From an uncultured bacterium (lineage in GTDB: Bacteria > JAJVIF01 > JAPKYR01), in NCBI GenBank assembly GCA_965369865.1, contig CBDURU010000029.1:1-30858 (forward strand): 30,858 nt of DNA. The letters run 5' to 3'. Position 1 is the first letter of the stretch. Every line of letters begins with the position of its first letter. The notes below the pieces were generated by a model. It saw only the letters and a program-made list of their open reading frames with translations, had not been told where the DNA came from and made no database searches. This document shows positions 27,600 through 30,858 of the stretch, piece after piece. Both the position numbers and the translations under genes were made by a program.

Positions 27600-29699
27600 A
27601 TGCAAGCCAGCTTGAAAAGCCTGATTCTGGACATTCTTAAAAATGAAAATCTGCCGGTTATAGAACCGCTACTTCGTGAAATTCCGTTCGAGGGACAGCT
27701 CGGACTCGCGCTTTCGAATGTTTTCCAGGTGGCCCGCGCGGCAAATCCGGACCTCGATAAAAAAGAACTAAAAAAAAGCGCGATCTCGCTCGCGGAACTG
27801 ATCGCCGACAAAATCCGCGATACGGGTGAGTTTGGTAAAGTCGAGGCTGTTAACGGCTATGTGAACTGCTTTTTTGAACCATCCGAATTCGCGCGCGACC
27901 TCGTTGGCAAAATTATCGACCGTAAAACCGGCTGGGCAAAAGGGGAACCTCAAGGCGGGCGAGTAATGGTTGAGTACTCCCAGCCGAATACTCACAAGGC
28001 TTTTCATATCGGACATGTGCGGAATGTTGTTACCGGGGCCGCGCTGGTCAGGTGTTTCAGATATTCCGGCAGAGATACGATCGCTGCGAATTACTATGGC
28101 GATATCGGAAACCATGTTTTCAAATCTCTCTGGTACCTTGCGAACCTCGAATCTCTGCCCGATAATTTTAAAAATCCAGCGGATCGCGGTCGATGGCTTG
28201 GAGAAGCCTACACGACCGCGGAATCATTACTCTCAGAATCGGAAGAACTCTGGTATGAGCTGTGGGATAAACTCAAACCGATTTCAGAGGGGCTACGGGA
28301 TGCCTGGTCGAATGACGAGATCACCGGTCGGTTACGGATCGATCCACTGATCAGGAAAATCGCACTGAAAGAAGAGGACCTTTTTGAAAACCGGTCTAAA
28401 AACGAAGTATCGGATTTAATCCTTAAACTTGCGGAAGCGACTTTCGGGCTTGCTGATGTGGCTTCTGAAAGCGAATTGTGCTTATGCCCGGATGAATTGC
28501 TGATTGAAATCAAGGAGCTTCGAAATGAAGTGAACTCCGGGGATTTCAGGCGTATTTGGTTAAGACATCATGATGTAGCGGGAATCGCGGAGCGTTGGAA
28601 CAATAAAGACCAGGGCCTGATTGACCTTTGGAATGAAACCAAAGACTGGAGTTTCGAAGATTTTTATAGGATATATAAAGAACTCGATGCCGAATTCGAT
28701 GTTGAATTCTTCGAGAGCAAAGTCGAGGACGAAGGCCTGGAAATTGTCAGCCAACTTGTCGAGAAAGGTGTCGCGGAGATAAGCGAAGGCGCGAAAATTG
28801 TTGAAATCGATAAAAAATTGCACGAACGGTTCGGTGAAGAATTAAAGGATAAATACAGGGTGATGGTACTCGTACGGGCGGATGGCGCCTCTCTCTATGG
28901 CGCTAAAGACCTCGCGCTTGCGAAACGGAAATTCGAGGAATTTGAGATCGAGGAATCGATCTATGTAGTCGGCAGCGAACAGAAATTCTATTTCCAGCAG
29001 TTGTTCCAGGTTTTAAGGCTGATGGGATTTCCGCAATGGGAGAAATGCTTCCATCTCTCTTACGAACTGGTCATGCTTCCATCGGGGAAAATTTCCAGCC
29101 GTAAGGGGCAGGTGATTCTATATGATGATGTTATTGCCGAACTCAGGCAGCGTGCACTTCTGGTCGTGATGGAAAAGAATCCCGGCCTCGATGACGCCGC
29201 GAAGCGGAATGTCGCTGAAATTGTCGCGATGGGCGCGCTCATATTCGGGATGCTGAGAGTCGATACGAATAAGAAAATTAAATTTGATTTCGATGAGGTT
29301 CTTGATTTCGACGGGCGCAGCGCACCGTATATTCAGTATGCCGGCGCGAGAGCGATGAGTATCCTGAGAAAGGCTGAATCGGAAGGGATTGAAATTCCGG
29401 ACGATGTGAATGAAACGGATTTTTCAGGGGAACTTCTCCCGGTCGAAATCGATCTCCTGGGAATCCTGGCGCGTTTACCTTCGCAGGTTCAAAAAGCAGT
29501 CGAGGATAAAAAGCCGGTGCATGCCGCCAATTACGCTTACGATCTCGCGGTGAAGTTCTCGGATTTCTATCACCAGTGCCCTGTGCTGACAGCGAAGGAT
29601 GAAATCCGCCGGGCAAGGTTGTTAATGGTAAAAGCGGTAAGAATAAATCTTGAAATTTCGCTCGGGCTGCTTGGAATCCGGACGCCGGATGTAATGTAA
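27600..29699 (+). CDS. argS: Arginine--tRNA ligase with internal insertion
   Basis: VEYSQPNTHKAFHIGH (HIGH), NYYGDIG, KISSRKG (KMSKS-like), APYIQYA.AR, FYHQCPVL, C-terminal LLGI..PDVM. Confidence 0.98.
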   Translation: MQASLKSLILDILKNENLPVIEPLLREIPFEGQLGLALSNVFQVARAANPDLDKKELKKSAISLAELIADKIRDTGEFGKVEAVNGYVNCFFEPSEFARDLVGKIIDRKTGWAKGEPQGGRVMVEYSQPNTHKAFHIGHVRNVVTGAALVRCFRYSGRDTIAANYYGDIGNHVFKSLWYLANLESLPDNFKNPADRGRWLGEAYTTAESLLSESEELWYELWDKLKPISEGLRDAWSNDEITGRLRIDPLIRKIALKEEDLFENRSKNEVSDLILKLAEATFGLADVASESELCLCPDELLIEIKELRNEVNSGDFRRIWLRHHDVAGIAERWNNKDQGLIDLWNETKDWSFEDFYRIYKELDAEFDVEFFESKVEDEGLEIVSQLVEKGVAEISEGAKIVEIDKKLHERFGEELKDKYRVMVLVRADGASLYGAKDLALAKRKFEEFEIEESIYVVGSEQKFYFQQLFQVLRLMGFPQWEKCFHLSYELVMLPSGKISSRKGQVILYDDVIAELRQRALLVVMEKNPGLDDAAKRNVAEIVAMGALIFGMLRVDTNKKIKFDFDEVLDFDGRSAPYIQYAGARAMSILRKAESEGIEIPDDVNETDFSGELLPVEIDLLGILARLPSQVQKAVEDKKPVHAANYAYDLAVKFSDFYHQCPVLTAKDEIRRARLLMVKAVRINLEISLGLLGIRTPDVM

Positions 29700-29719
29700 C
29701 AACTTGTCACTTAGAGAAA

Positions 29720-29728
29720 TGCTATAAT
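29720..29728 (+). promoter_or_regulatory. Extended -10 promoter
   Basis: TGcTATAAT lies 30 nt upstream of ATG 29759, with a GAGGTG RBS in between. Confidence 0.55.
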
Positions 29729-29758
29729 TCCTGAAACTGTAACCATGAGGTGTCCTGA

Positions 29759-30586
29759 ATGATTAAAAACTTCGCACCAATTGCGTTAGTAATTTTAATC
29801 GGTCTGTTACCTGTACATTCCCATGCGCAGACTTCGGTGAATGGGGATTACCCGATCTACGACGGCATATGGGAGACAGATCTTGGCGTGCTGGCGATGT
29901 GGCAGGAAGATGATGCGGTCTGGGGGATCTATCTCAGTAGTAGTGTACTGGGGGGGCGTATCGATGATGATGGAATCCTTCGTTTCCGTTATCTGGACAA
30001 TCCCGATGACAGGGGCACCGGTTGGTTTAAGGTCAGTGAGGACGGGACTGCTTTCGAGGGTTATTACTCGAGTGAGATAGAACCGAGTATTCATGACAAC
30101 TGGATCGGCGCCTGGCTGGGTCCGAATTTTTATGAGGTCGATGACCGGGAAGCTCTTAATTACCAGCCCGGCGAGATACCACAGGATTTGGACGAAGATG
30201 AAGACATTGATGGCGACAATGTTGATTTATTGTCCGATGATACTGATGATTCCGATTCCGATGACGACACTCCCGAACCTCCCTCAGAATTTACCGGCGA
30301 TCCTGAATCCGCATGGAATGGCGCCTGGGAAACAAATCTCGGTGAAATGGAACTTATCATAGATGCCGGGAATGTAACTGGTACATGGGGCGAAGGCGGT
30401 AGTTTTGAGGGGACAATCTCAGGGAGTACATTAAACGGCACGTGGCTGAGCGTTGATGAGGACGGGAATGAAACTGGTGGGGAAGTCCTTTTCAGTTTAT
30501 CGGAGGATGGCGCGGGTTTCCGTGGTACTTATAACACATCGGACGAACCAAACCTCTGGCTCGCCTGGCACGGCACGAAAATTTAA
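29759..30586 (+). CDS. Secreted protein with two homologous beta-rich repeats and an acidic linker
   Basis: Signal peptide ending SHA/Q; two ~88-aa repeats (G.WET.LG...SEDG..F.G.Y...W.G) separated by a D/E-rich linker. Confidence 0.85.
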   Translation: MIKNFAPIALVILIGLLPVHSHAQTSVNGDYPIYDGIWETDLGVLAMWQEDDAVWGIYLSSSVLGGRIDDDGILRFRYLDNPDDRGTGWFKVSEDGTAFEGYYSSEIEPSIHDNWIGAWLGPNFYEVDDREALNYQPGEIPQDLDEDEDIDGDNVDLLSDDTDDSDSDDDTPEPPSEFTGDPESAWNGAWETNLGEMELIIDAGNVTGTWGEGGSFEGTISGSTLNGTWLSVDEDGNETGGEVLFSLSEDGAGFRGTYNTSDEPNLWLAWHGTKI

Positions 30587-30589
30587 TTA

Positions 30590-30704
30590 TTTAGCCACCG
30601 AAAAAACGACAAACCGTAGAACAGCACGGCAGTGCGTCTTCCACCTTAAAACAATTCTTTCGACGCACTTCCATTCGACGCACTGCCGTGCCGTTCTACG
30701 GTTT
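30590..30704. repeat. GTAG-type REP/REPIN-like palindromic element (family A), complete doublet
   Basis: Arms 30611-30638 and 30677-30704 are inverted at 27/28 nt. TTCGACGCACT is internally duplicated (30659-30669, 30674-30684). Inverted homologue of 1-86. Confidence 0.88.
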
Positions 30705-30732
30705 TTTCATTTCTCACGGGTCGAAATGTATA

Positions 30733-30810
30733 GGGGACTGGCAAACAAATTTACCGGTTATGTTAGAGGTCAGTCCTTTGTTTATGTACCCCGGTAAATT
30801 TGGGTGCCTG
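30733..30810. repeat. Long imperfect hairpin, possibly a degenerate family B element
   Basis: CAAATTTACCGG (30746-30757) and CCGGTAAATTTG (30791-30802) are a perfect inverted pair, flanked by GGGGACTGGCA and TGCCTGT. Confidence 0.55.
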
Positions 30811-30858
30811 TTTAAATGTGTAAGTATGACAAAAGGAGCCTTCTGCCGGGTAAAATGC

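Noticed and set aside
30453..30797. 114-aa ORF at the window end
   Set aside because: It overlaps the preceding gene out of frame and runs through palindromic repeats; no coding signal.

Overview
A chromosomal segment from a bacterium of roughly 50% GC, standard code 11, with sigma70-type promoters; the many orphan lipoproteins suggest an uncultured lineage (inference). Housekeeping genes are polA, eno, ccdA, an HtrA-family protease, pepA and argS. Between them lie three uncharacterised clustered genes, three orphan lipoproteins, and a tightly coupled Wzx/Wzy-type surface polysaccharide operon (GumC/Wzz, Wzy-like, Wzx, alkaline-phosphatase-superfamily enzyme, GT2, GT-B). The operon ends in a membrane-anchored GH42-like protein that seems to lack the acid/base glutamate, followed by an argS carrying a ~100-aa insertion. 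No transposase, integrase, CRISPR array, tRNA or rRNA was seen. The most striking unannotated signal is intergenic: at least five families of short palindromic or terminal-inverted-repeat modules recur and combine into mosaic elements. One is a 207-bp MITE-like element with a TAA target duplication placed exactly at a stop codon. All calls come from reading the sequence by eye; no database searches were run.
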